Shown here: positions 29,299 through 37,705 of the stretch, piece by piece | Layout: each line of letters opens with the position of its first letter | How positions within the stretch are numbered: the stretch's first letter is position 1 | Assembly (NCBI GenBank): GCA_964646455.1 | Contig: CAZYDX010000002.1 | Span: forward strand, 1-60,487 | DNA from: an uncultured bacterium | Lineage (GTDB): Bacteria > Fidelibacterota > Marinisomatia > Marinisomatales > UBA1611 | DNA: 60,487 nucleotides | Direction of reading: 5' to 3' | Translations under genes and position numbers: made by a program | The notes under the pieces: model-generated | Database searches by the model: none | Told to the model about the DNA's origin: nothing | Seen by the model: only the letters and a program-made list of their open reading frames with translations

Positions 29299-31476
29299 TT
29301 GAAACAGATATTCCAAGATTTAAAGACAAAAAAAATCAGCATTGAAGAATTGCCAGACATATCAATAAAAGAAGGATGTGTTTTAATACGAACTCATTAT
29401 TCTGTGATAAGTAGTGGAACTGAAAAAACAATAATTGATACAGCTTCCAAAAATTTATTGCAAAAAGCTCATGCTAGACCTGATTTAGTCAAACAAGTAA
29501 TAGCTAAAGTTAAAAAAGATGGTTTACTAGCGACCTATGACTCTGTCCTTGATCGACTTGATGCGCCTATACCCTTAGGCTATAGTGCCTCTGGAGTTGT
29601 ATTAAATGTTGGCGAGAAAGTAAATAATTTTAATGTAGGCGATCGTGTCGCTGTCGCTGGAGCAGGGTACGCTAATCACGCTACTATAAATTGTGTACCT
29701 GAAAACCTTGTTGTAAAAGTTCCTATAGAAGTGTCTTTGAAAGAGGCAGCCTATGCTACGATTGGAAGTATCGCAATGCAAGGAGTTAGAGTAGCAAAGC
29801 CTCAAATTGGAGAATATGTGGCTGTCTCAGGACTTGGTTTAGTAGGCCTAACAACAGCTATGATTTTGAAAGCTAATGGTTGTATGGTTTGTGGAATTGA
29901 TTTAGATCAAAAAAAGATTGATTTAGCAAAAACTTTAGGTTTAGATGTTTTAATTAATTTGAACAATAATAATGCTGGACAAATTATAAATGATTTTTCA
30001 AACGGTAGAGGTGTTGATCATACTGTCATTTGTGCCTCTACTGATAGTAACGCACCAATTTCACTTGCAGGTGATATAACAAAATCGAAAGGAGTAGTTA
30101 CCGTTGTCGGAACAGTGGGAATGGATATCCCTAGGCAGCCTTTTTATTTAAAGGAACTAGAATTAAGACTTTCAATGTCCTATGGGCCAGGGAGGTATGA
30201 TAAAAGTTATGAGGAGATGGGACTAGATTATCCTTATAATTATGTTCGTTGGACAGAAAATCGTAACATGTCTTCTATTTTAAATTTGATTGCTACTGAC
30301 AAATTAGATTTTTCTAAGATTACCACTCATGTTTTTAAATACGAAATGGCTATGGAAGCTTATAACACAATAAAAAGCGAAGAATTTTTTGTAGGTATCA
30401 TTCTTGATTATGATGTTAAATCATTAGAAGTCCCATATGAACCGCAATTAAGAAATTATCTTTCTAAACCATCATCGTTAATGAATAGAGATATAAAAAT
30501 AGGATTTATTGGTCTAGGTAATTACGCTTCATCAAAATTGATTCCTAGCCTAAAAAAAAATAACTTGGTTGAATTTGTTGGTTTAGCAAATGCCACGGGT
30601 ATTAGTTCAAAAAATAAAGCTAATAAGTATAAGTTCTCTTACTATTCCGCTAATTATAATGAAATTATTCTTAATAACGAAATTGATACTATTTTTATAT
30701 CAACTAGACATTCAAATCATTTTAAGTTATCCAAGCTTGCTATAGATAATGGTAAAAATGTTTTTGTTGAAAAACCTCCTTGCATTAATGAATTTGAATT
30801 GGATGAATTAATTAAGCTCTATGAAAATAATATTTGTTCCTCAAACGTAAAGTATATGGTTGGATTAAATCGACGTTTTTCACCACATGTTATGAAAATT
30901 AAAAATGAACTATCAAAAACCAAATCTAAAACTCAAATACTGTACAGAGTAAATGGTGGACCAATCCCATTGACTAGTTGGACTCATGAAATTAAACATG
31001 GCAGTGGCATGTTAATTGGTGAGATGTGTCATTTTATAGATACAATAACTTATTTAATAGGTTCTCAACCAAGAAAATTATTTGCCTACCAAGTGGATTT
31101 TTCTGATGAAAACACATACAAAAAATCCGATAATATAATTGTAAATTTGAAATTTGATAATGGCTCAGTCGCAACTTTATTTTACAACACTTTAGGAAAT
31201 AAAAATCTAGAAAAAGAGCATATTGAGATATATAGTGGAGGGCAAATCGGTGTAATTAAAGATTTTATTTCTTCAAAAATCACTACTGATTCCAAAAACA
31301 TCGTTAATAAAACTAATCGTCAAGATAAAGGACAAGACAATATGCTTATTAACTATATAGACTCAATTAAATACGATAAGCCTTCTCCAATATCCTTTGA
31401 AGAGATTTCAACAACAATGAGAGTTGTTTTTTCAATTAAAAAATCAATAGAATCTAATTTACCGCAAAATATATAA
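29299..31476 (+). CDS. Bi-domain oxidoreductase: Zn-dependent alcohol dehydrogenase (MDR)-like N-half fused to Gfo/Idh/MocA-like C-half
   Basis: 725 aa with a TTG start. The N-half has 'GDRVAVAGAGYANHA' and the Rossmann 'VSGLGLVGL'. The C-half has 'IGFIGLGNYASSKLIPSL' and 'VFVEKPPC' (the EKP motif of Gfo/Idh/MocA). Confidence 0.75.
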   Translation: MKQIFQDLKTKKISIEELPDISIKEGCVLIRTHYSVISSGTEKTIIDTASKNLLQKAHARPDLVKQVIAKVKKDGLLATYDSVLDRLDAPIPLGYSASGVVLNVGEKVNNFNVGDRVAVAGAGYANHATINCVPENLVVKVPIEVSLKEAAYATIGSIAMQGVRVAKPQIGEYVAVSGLGLVGLTTAMILKANGCMVCGIDLDQKKIDLAKTLGLDVLINLNNNNAGQIINDFSNGRGVDHTVICASTDSNAPISLAGDITKSKGVVTVVGTVGMDIPRQPFYLKELELRLSMSYGPGRYDKSYEEMGLDYPYNYVRWTENRNMSSILNLIATDKLDFSKITTHVFKYEMAMEAYNTIKSEEFFVGIILDYDVKSLEVPYEPQLRNYLSKPSSLMNRDIKIGFIGLGNYASSKLIPSLKKNNLVEFVGLANATGISSKNKANKYKFSYYSANYNEIILNNEIDTIFISTRHSNHFKLSKLAIDNGKNVFVEKPPCINEFELDELIKLYENNICSSNVKYMVGLNRRFSPHVMKIKNELSKTKSKTQILYRVNGGPIPLTSWTHEIKHGSGMLIGEMCHFIDTITYLIGSQPRKLFAYQVDFSDENTYKKSDNIIVNLKFDNGSVATLFYNTLGNKNLEKEHIEIYSGGQIGVIKDFISSKITTDSKNIVNKTNRQDKGQDNMLINYIDSIKYDKPSPISFEEISTTMRVVFSIKKSIESNLPQNI

Positions 31477-31487
31477 ATGAGTGGTAA

Positions 31488-32468
31488 ATGGGGATAATTA
31501 ATCGTTATAGTTACTTATCTAGAATAATTAAAGCATATCTCACACCTTCTGTTAGCCAACTATCCTTTTGGCATGGTAGGCCAGAAATAAATCACATTAA
31601 TAATATGGAAAAACCTATACCATATTATATGAAATTTAAATACAAGGCTAATTATAAAGGTAAATATGACTCTAGTGGTATTCCTCTTTTAAATTATCAT
31701 GGTAATATTGGTTTACAGTATAATCCAATAGCAATTGCACAATATGGTTTAGGTAATTATAATATATTTCTAGAAAATCATGATATTATAAGAAAAAATA
31801 ATTTCATTGTAGTAGCAGAATGGCTTTGTGATAATTTGATTGAAAACGATAACCAAGTACCAGTTTGGTTTCATGAATTTGATTTTGAATATAAAGAAAT
31901 ACTTAAGTCACCTTGGTATTCTGGCCTTGCTCAAGGAATGGGAATATCTTTACTATTAAGGGCCTTTGAATTAACAAAAGAAACAAAATATATAGACAAA
32001 GCTAAAATGGCATATATTTCATTTGAAAAAACTATTGATGAAGGGGGAGTAATCTACATCGATAAGAATGGTTTTAATTGGATTGAGGAATATATTGTTT
32101 CTGAACCTACACATATCTTAAATGGATTTATTTGGGCTCTTTTTGGTGTTTATGATATGTGGAAATTTAATCATAGCAAGCATGCTAAGAATCTCTTTAT
32201 GTGTTGTGTAAATACGTTGGAAAAAAATCTTGAAAGGTATGATGTGGGATATTGGTCTAGATATGAACTAACTGAATTTAATTTTAAAATGCTTGCCAGT
32301 CCTTTTTATCATGATTTGCATATCGTTCAATTACAAATTTTTTATAATATGACTAATAAATTTTTTTTTAAAGATTCTGCTGATAGATGGTCAAAATATA
32401 AATTATCTAAACTAAATAGATACCGGGCATTTATTGAAAAATCTTTGTTTAAAATTTGCTATTATTAG
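31488..32468 (+). CDS. D-glucuronyl C5-epimerase C-terminal domain (C5-epim_C)-like protein
   Basis: 326 aa. 'LQYNPIAIAQYGLGNYN' and 'SPWYSGLAQGMGISLLLRAFELTKE' closely resemble motifs I recall from animal heparosan-N-sulfate glucuronate 5-epimerase. Also 'HILNGFIWALFGVYD' and 'YHDLHIVQL'. Confidence 0.7.
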   Translation: MGIINRYSYLSRIIKAYLTPSVSQLSFWHGRPEINHINNMEKPIPYYMKFKYKANYKGKYDSSGIPLLNYHGNIGLQYNPIAIAQYGLGNYNIFLENHDIIRKNNFIVVAEWLCDNLIENDNQVPVWFHEFDFEYKEILKSPWYSGLAQGMGISLLLRAFELTKETKYIDKAKMAYISFEKTIDEGGVIYIDKNGFNWIEEYIVSEPTHILNGFIWALFGVYDMWKFNHSKHAKNLFMCCVNTLEKNLERYDVGYWSRYELTEFNFKMLASPFYHDLHIVQLQIFYNMTNKFFFKDSADRWSKYKLSKLNRYRAFIEKSLFKICYY

Positions 32469-32489
32469 TAAAAAATTCGAGGCATAATA

Positions 32490-33695
32490 ATGAAAATATT
32501 ATTTTTATCTTTTTATTTTCCGCCTGACTTTTGCGCTGGTTCGTTTAGAGCCAATGGTTTAAAAAATGCATTTCTAAAGAATGAAGATTTAACCAAGCTC
32601 TTAATTATAACGACATATCCACAAAGGTATGGACATATTAAAAACGTTCCTATAATTGAGGATACTCATAACTTCAGTATAAAAAGAATAAAAACTCCAG
32701 AACATAAAAATAAATTCTACAGACAAATATATAATTTTTTTGTCTTTAGTATTCATTCTTTGTTATTTGCATTAAAAAATAGAAAATCCTTTGATCATAT
32801 TTTTATTACTTCTTCAAGGTTCGGGACTGCCTTGCTTGGTTATTTAATAAGTATAATTGTTAATAAGCCTCTCCACACTGATATAAGAGATATTTTTTCT
32901 GATAGTTTAAATTCCATTACAAAATTAAAAAATCCACTTGGCAAAATAATCAAACACATAGTAAAAAAAACTGAAACATTAATATTGTCTAGATCTACAT
33001 GGGTAAATTTTGTTTCTCCAGGATTTCTTGATTATTTTAAACAAATTCCAAATTCAAAAGTGACTGTATTTACTAATGGCATTGATGATATCTTTTTAGA
33101 TAATTATTCAAAATTAGTTCAAGATTTTCCAAAAAAAGTTCAATTGCCTTTAAAGGTGATCTATACTGGGAATATAGGATTAGGTCAAGGGCTAGAAAAA
33201 GTAATTATACCTATTGCAAAACATTTTAAGAATAAAATTGAGTTTAAAATAATTGGTGATGGTAGCGCATTAGATTTATTATTGGAACATATCAATGATA
33301 ATAGATTACATAACATTATAATTATTCCTCCTATGAGAAGAAATAATTTGATTAAACACTATGATAAAGCAGATATTCTATTTTTGCATTTAAATGATAT
33401 CCCGGCATTTAAAAAAGTTCTGCCATCAAAAGTTTTTGAGTATGCAACTTATAACAAATATATTTTAGCTGGAGTGTCAGGCACAGCTCGAAAATTTCTA
33501 GTTGATAATTTAGATGGGGTTAATATTTTTGATCCTGGAGATTACAATAGTGCAATTATATTAATTGAAAAAATAATAAGCTCCTTACATGAGGAATCAA
33601 GAATTAATAACGAAGTATTTATCAAAAAATATGATAGAAAAGTTATTTCTGATAAAATGGTTAAATATTTTTTTAAGATAACTAAGGAGAATTAA
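32490..33695 (+). CDS. Glycosyltransferase, GT4 (WbuB-like)
   Basis: 401 aa. 'MKILFLSFYFPPDFCAGSFR' (Glyco_trans_4_4-like N-terminus) and 'PSKVFEYATYNKYILAG'. Confidence 0.75.
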   Translation: MKILFLSFYFPPDFCAGSFRANGLKNAFLKNEDLTKLLIITTYPQRYGHIKNVPIIEDTHNFSIKRIKTPEHKNKFYRQIYNFFVFSIHSLLFALKNRKSFDHIFITSSRFGTALLGYLISIIVNKPLHTDIRDIFSDSLNSITKLKNPLGKIIKHIVKKTETLILSRSTWVNFVSPGFLDYFKQIPNSKVTVFTNGIDDIFLDNYSKLVQDFPKKVQLPLKVIYTGNIGLGQGLEKVIIPIAKHFKNKIEFKIIGDGSALDLLLEHINDNRLHNIIIIPPMRRNNLIKHYDKADILFLHLNDIPAFKKVLPSKVFEYATYNKYILAGVSGTARKFLVDNLDGVNIFDPGDYNSAIILIEKIISSLHEESRINNEVFIKKYDRKVISDKMVKYFFKITKEN

Positions 33696-34595
33696 ATTAA
33701 TATTTTATTAGCAGGTGGGACAGGGTACATAGGCTCTAATCTTTTTAAATATTTAAGGAAAAAATATAATGTTTTTTCAACTACTAGAGATGACAAAAAT
33801 ATGATTGATAATCATATATATATTGATTTTAAAAACCCCGATTCATTTAAAAATATTTTAAAAAAAATTGATAAGATTGATATTTTAATATTCTTGATAG
33901 GTTTGGCCCACGATAAAGGCAAAAATTCTAAAAAAGAAAAATTTATTAATACAAATTATAGAACATTTGTTAATCTTATTGATTTCATGAATTCATCAGG
34001 ATCTTTGCCTAGAAAATTAATTTATGTAAGTACCATTTCTGTATATGGTGAAAAATTAAAAACTGATGTTTACAATGAAAATATTAATCCAGAACCTTGC
34101 ACTCCCTACGCAATATCCAAGCATATGGCTGAAAAATATTTGTTTGATAATTATAAAAGTGATTACTGGATTCTAAGGTTAGCACCAGTCTATTCAGATG
34201 AGTTTTTATTAAATATTGACAGAAGGACTAAAGTCTTAAATAGATTTTATCGGGTTGGTTCTGGCCAAAATAAATTATCGTTGTGTAATTTGAAAAATAT
34301 ATTTTCTAGTGTTGAAGGAATAGTACAAGGTAAAATTAAAAATGGCACTTACAATTTATCAGATAATGTTATTTACAATTATAATGATCTATTAAAAACG
34401 CAAAATGCACAAAGCACTATTCATATACCAATTTTTGTCGTAAAAATAATATATTATTTTGGGAAGTTGATAAAAAATAATTTTTTAATTGAGAATTCTA
34501 TAAAATTAATTTCTACAAACTTGTACCCCTCTGATAAAATGTGTGAATATTTAACTATTAATTATGATTTAAATGATTTGATAGATGTTAATTAG
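33696..34595 (+). CDS. NAD-dependent epimerase/dehydratase (SDR) family protein, probable non-canonical (ATT) start
   Basis: The ORF-track Met (33801) removes the Rossmann motif. In-frame upstream codons encode 'ILLAGGTGYIGSNL' (GxxGxxG) straight after the previous stop. A strong SD, AAGGAG (33684-33689), lies 6 nt before ATT 33696. The catalytic 'YAISK' (YxxxK) is present. Confidence 0.6.
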   Translation: MNILLAGGTGYIGSNLFKYLRKKYNVFSTTRDDKNMIDNHIYIDFKNPDSFKNILKKIDKIDILIFLIGLAHDKGKNSKKEKFINTNYRTFVNLIDFMNSSGSLPRKLIYVSTISVYGEKLKTDVYNENINPEPCTPYAISKHMAEKYLFDNYKSDYWILRLAPVYSDEFLLNIDRRTKVLNRFYRVGSGQNKLSLCNLKNIFSSVEGIVQGKIKNGTYNLSDNVIYNYNDLLKTQNAQSTIHIPIFVVKIIYYFGKLIKNNFLIENSIKLISTNLYPSDKMCEYLTINYDLNDLIDVN

Positions 34596-35139
34596 AAGGA
34601 CAATAGTAACTTTAGTTTTGATATCTTTATCTCCAATTATATTCATTGTATCATTAATTATTTTTTTTTCAGATGGTCTGCCAATCTTTTTTAAGCAAAA
34701 AAGAATAGGTATAAATAATAAATTATTTTTCCTCTATAAATTTAGAACTATGAAAAATAGCACGCCTGAATTAGCAACCGATTTGTTAGAGGACCATGAA
34801 AAATATTATATAAAATTTGGTAACCTAATTAGAACTCTAAGCATAGATGAAATTCCGCAACTATTAAATATTTTTAAAGGTGAAATGAATTTTGTAGGGC
34901 CTAGGCCAGCTTTTTATAAACAAGATGAATTAATCGATTTAAGAACAAAAAAGAATATTCATTCGTTAAGGCCTGGAATTACGGGTTGGGCACAGGTTAA
35001 TGGACGGGATAATATTTCACTAGAAAAAAAAGTTGAGTTAGATCAATATTATCTATGCAACGAAAACATATTTTTAGATTTAAAAATTATTTTTTTTACT
35101 TTATTAAAAGTATTACTAATTAAGGATGTAAAAGGATGA
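34585..35139 (+). CDS. Initiating undecaprenyl-phosphate sugar-phosphate transferase (monotopic PGT, PglC/WbaP C-domain type)
   Basis: 184 aa with an N-terminal re-entrant hydrophobic helix. 'PIFFKQKRIG', 'FYKFRTM', 'IDEIPQLLNIFKGEMNFVGPRP'. Confidence 0.85.
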   Translation: MLIRRTIVTLVLISLSPIIFIVSLIIFFSDGLPIFFKQKRIGINNKLFFLYKFRTMKNSTPELATDLLEDHEKYYIKFGNLIRTLSIDEIPQLLNIFKGEMNFVGPRPAFYKQDELIDLRTKKNIHSLRPGITGWAQVNGRDNISLEKKVELDQYYLCNENIFLDLKIIFFTLLKVLLIKDVKG

Positions 35140-36218
35140 GTAAAAACATTATTTCGATAATAGGTGCTAGACCAAATTTTATGAAAATGGCACCAGTAAT
35201 TAATTCATTGAAATCAATAGATGTAAATAATATTGTGGTTCATACTGGGCAGCATTATGACCAAAAAATGTCCAAGGATATTTTAAATGAATTAGGTTTT
35301 CAAGAACCTAAATACTTTTTGGGTGCAGGTGGCGGAACACAAGTGAACCAAATATATAAAATTATGAAACGTTTTGAGAAAATTTGCTTAAAAGAAAAAC
35401 CAGTACTAGTCATTGTCGCAGGTGATGTTAATTCAACTCTAGCTTGTGCTTTAGTCGCTGTAAAAATGGATATCAAAATTGCACATGTTGAAGCTGGTCT
35501 ACGTTCAGGTGATCTAGAAATGCCTGAAGAAATAAATAGAATATTAACTGATAGAGTATCTGAGTTACTTTTTACCACTGAGAAGAATGCTGAAAAAAAT
35601 CTTTTAAAAGAGGGTATTAGTCAAGAGAAAATTCATTTTGTTGGAAATTGTATGATTGACTCTGTAAATAAATTCATTTCAAAAGCTACTGATTTAGAAT
35701 TCTGGAAAAATTTAGGGTTTGGTAGGGAAGAATATTTATTGGCGACAATACATCGTCCCTCTAATGTAGATTCAAAAATTGACTTATCTATGGTAGTTAA
35801 AACTCTTAATGAAATCTCAAACAAATTACCAATTATTTTTCCGATACATCCAAGAACACGAAAAAAAATAGATGAATTTTCTTTAAAATTAAATAAATCT
35901 ATCATGCTTCTTGAACCTTTATCTTATATACCTTTTTTGAGTTTAATGTCTGAGTCAAAAATTATTCTTACTGACAGTGGTGGCATTCAAGAAGAAGCCA
36001 CCTTTTTAGGTGTTCCATGTATTACAATGAGAGAGAATACTGAAAGACCAATTACTACTGAAATTGGAACAAATATTTTAGCTGGGACAAAGTATGAAAA
36101 TATTATTTTAATATTTGATAAGATTGTGAAAAAGAAAAATTTTAAGTATAAAATTCCTCCTCTTTGGGATGGCTTTGCGGGCGAGAGGATAAAAGATATA
36201 ATTAAAAATGTAATATGA
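35136..36218 (+). CDS. wecB: UDP-N-acetylglucosamine 2-epimerase (non-hydrolysing)
   Basis: 360 aa. 'IIGARPNFMKMAPV', 'GDVNSTLA', 'HVEAGLRS', 'LTDSGGIQEEA'. Confidence 0.9.
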   Translation: MSKNIISIIGARPNFMKMAPVINSLKSIDVNNIVVHTGQHYDQKMSKDILNELGFQEPKYFLGAGGGTQVNQIYKIMKRFEKICLKEKPVLVIVAGDVNSTLACALVAVKMDIKIAHVEAGLRSGDLEMPEEINRILTDRVSELLFTTEKNAEKNLLKEGISQEKIHFVGNCMIDSVNKFISKATDLEFWKNLGFGREEYLLATIHRPSNVDSKIDLSMVVKTLNEISNKLPIIFPIHPRTRKKIDEFSLKLNKSIMLLEPLSYIPFLSLMSESKIILTDSGGIQEEATFLGVPCITMRENTERPITTEIGTNILAGTKYENIILIFDKIVKKKNFKYKIPPLWDGFAGERIKDIIKNVI

Positions 36219-37561
36219 ATTTGTCTTTCTCCAAAATATTTAAATTATTCTCGTTACAAATTATTCATTTTTATTATCTATTTGGATTCCAACCATTGGA
36301 TATAGAAATAATGAATTTTCATGATGAAATAGCAAATAATGATAGATTTTATTTTAAGGACTTACAACAAAGGAATTTGATAAAATCGGATTTAAATGAT
36401 TATGATTTGGTTTCAAAATTTATTTTTGGATCTGAGTTGAAGGAAGGCAATCCACTTAATTATTCAGATGTTCATTTTGAAGGTAAAATATCAAATTTTT
36501 ATTTTCATATCAATCCAACTTTTATCAATTCTAGAAATAAAGGATATATTGGTTCAAAATACTCTAGATCAAATATAAGTGCCAGATTTGAACATGCATA
36601 TTTGAAATATGAGCATGATAATTTTTACCTTAAAATTGGAAGATCTCCAGTTAATTGGGGTGAGGCTCATTCATATAGCATCATTCAGTCTGGTTTATCA
36701 CCTGGATATGATCATATTGGCTTTAATATTAATTTAGTCAATATTAATTATGATTTAATTATAGGGCAATTAAGCTCTGTTGAAGATGAACGATATGGAA
36801 GAATTAAACGTTTTGTATCAGCAAAAAAAATAACATTTACTCCAAATGACAAGTTATCATTTGGATTTGGAGATCAAATAATATACACCGGCCATAATAG
36901 ATCTATTGAACTGCATTATTTAAATCCTTTCATTCCATATTTTTTATCAGGTTTAGAGTATGAGGAAGACGAAACAGTGTTCGATAATGACAATTCTATG
37001 TTATTTTTATTCGGCAAATTTTCATATAAAAAATATCTTTCTTTTTTTGGAGAAGCACTGATTGATGACTTTCAAATAGATGAGACAAATAGACCAAATA
37101 AAATTGGGTTAAAAATTGGAATGAATGGTTATGTAACAATTATGAAAAACAAATTGTCCTTTTACATTGACCGTTCATTTATACAAGCATCAACATATAT
37201 TCATAATGGTCTTTATACTAATTGGGACAATTTAAATTATAACTTGGGTTCTGTTTTTGGGGCAGGTAGTAAAAATTACTTTGGGCAATTTGTATATCAT
37301 TTTTCCAAAAATATTAAATTATTACTTGAACTTAATCATCTTGAGAAAGAAAACTTTAATAATACAAACCTTGGAAATGATAATTATGAAAAAAATTTCA
37401 TTTTTTATGACTTTAGTATTATTAAAAAATACTCAAATAATTATTTAAAGATTGGTAGAAAGAATTTCGATATACCATACGGAATTAAAAAAAATTTTTA
37501 TCACCTAGGCCCAGATAAGTTTTATTTTTCCTATATGTATAATTTTAAGCTAAATTATTAA
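36215..37561 (+). CDS. Putative outer-membrane capsule-assembly protein (Wzi-like)
   Basis: 448 aa with a beta-strand-rich alternating pattern. 'IGRSPVNWGEAHSYSIIQSGLSPGYDHIGF' and 'GEALIDDFQ' resemble the Caps_assemb_Wzi family as I recall it. Ends in aromatic-rich strands. Confidence 0.4.
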   Translation: MNLSFSKIFKLFSLQIIHFYYLFGFQPLDIEIMNFHDEIANNDRFYFKDLQQRNLIKSDLNDYDLVSKFIFGSELKEGNPLNYSDVHFEGKISNFYFHINPTFINSRNKGYIGSKYSRSNISARFEHAYLKYEHDNFYLKIGRSPVNWGEAHSYSIIQSGLSPGYDHIGFNINLVNINYDLIIGQLSSVEDERYGRIKRFVSAKKITFTPNDKLSFGFGDQIIYTGHNRSIELHYLNPFIPYFLSGLEYEEDETVFDNDNSMLFLFGKFSYKKYLSFFGEALIDDFQIDETNRPNKIGLKIGMNGYVTIMKNKLSFYIDRSFIQASTYIHNGLYTNWDNLNYNLGSVFGAGSKNYFGQFVYHFSKNIKLLLELNHLEKENFNNTNLGNDNYEKNFIFYDFSIIKKYSNNYLKIGRKNFDIPYGIKKNFYHLGPDKFYFSYMYNFKLNY

Positions 37562-37639
37562 ATAAAGGACGGAATTTAATTAAAAAAAATATTTAGCTAT
37601 GAAATTTAAATATATATTAAGTTTAGTAATATAACTATA

Positions 37640-37664
37640 CATAAAATTATATATCGCACAAAAA
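37640..37664 (+). promoter_or_regulatory. Conserved 25-nt leader/promoter element, copy A (upstream of the capD-like gene)
   Basis: 'cataaaattatatatcgcacaaaaa' is the exact reverse complement of 41660-41684. It ends 41 nt before ATG 37706 and is followed by the -10-like 'tacaat'. Confidence 0.4.
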
Positions 37665-37705
37665 TACAATGCTAATAAAGGTACAATGGTATTTAAAACT
37701 GACAC

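Noticed and set aside
4875-34670. Other homopolymer tracts of 8-9 nt in glycosyltransferase and tailoring genes. Examples: T9 near 4874-4882 in MBOAT-1, T9 at 18231-18239, A9 at 21462-21470, A9 at 30552-30560, T9 at 32361-32369, T9 at 34661-34669
   Set aside because: Tracts of this length are frequent throughout this AT-rich sequence, including Lys/Phe codon runs, so they are not individually distinguishable from compositional background. Only the A11 tract stood out.
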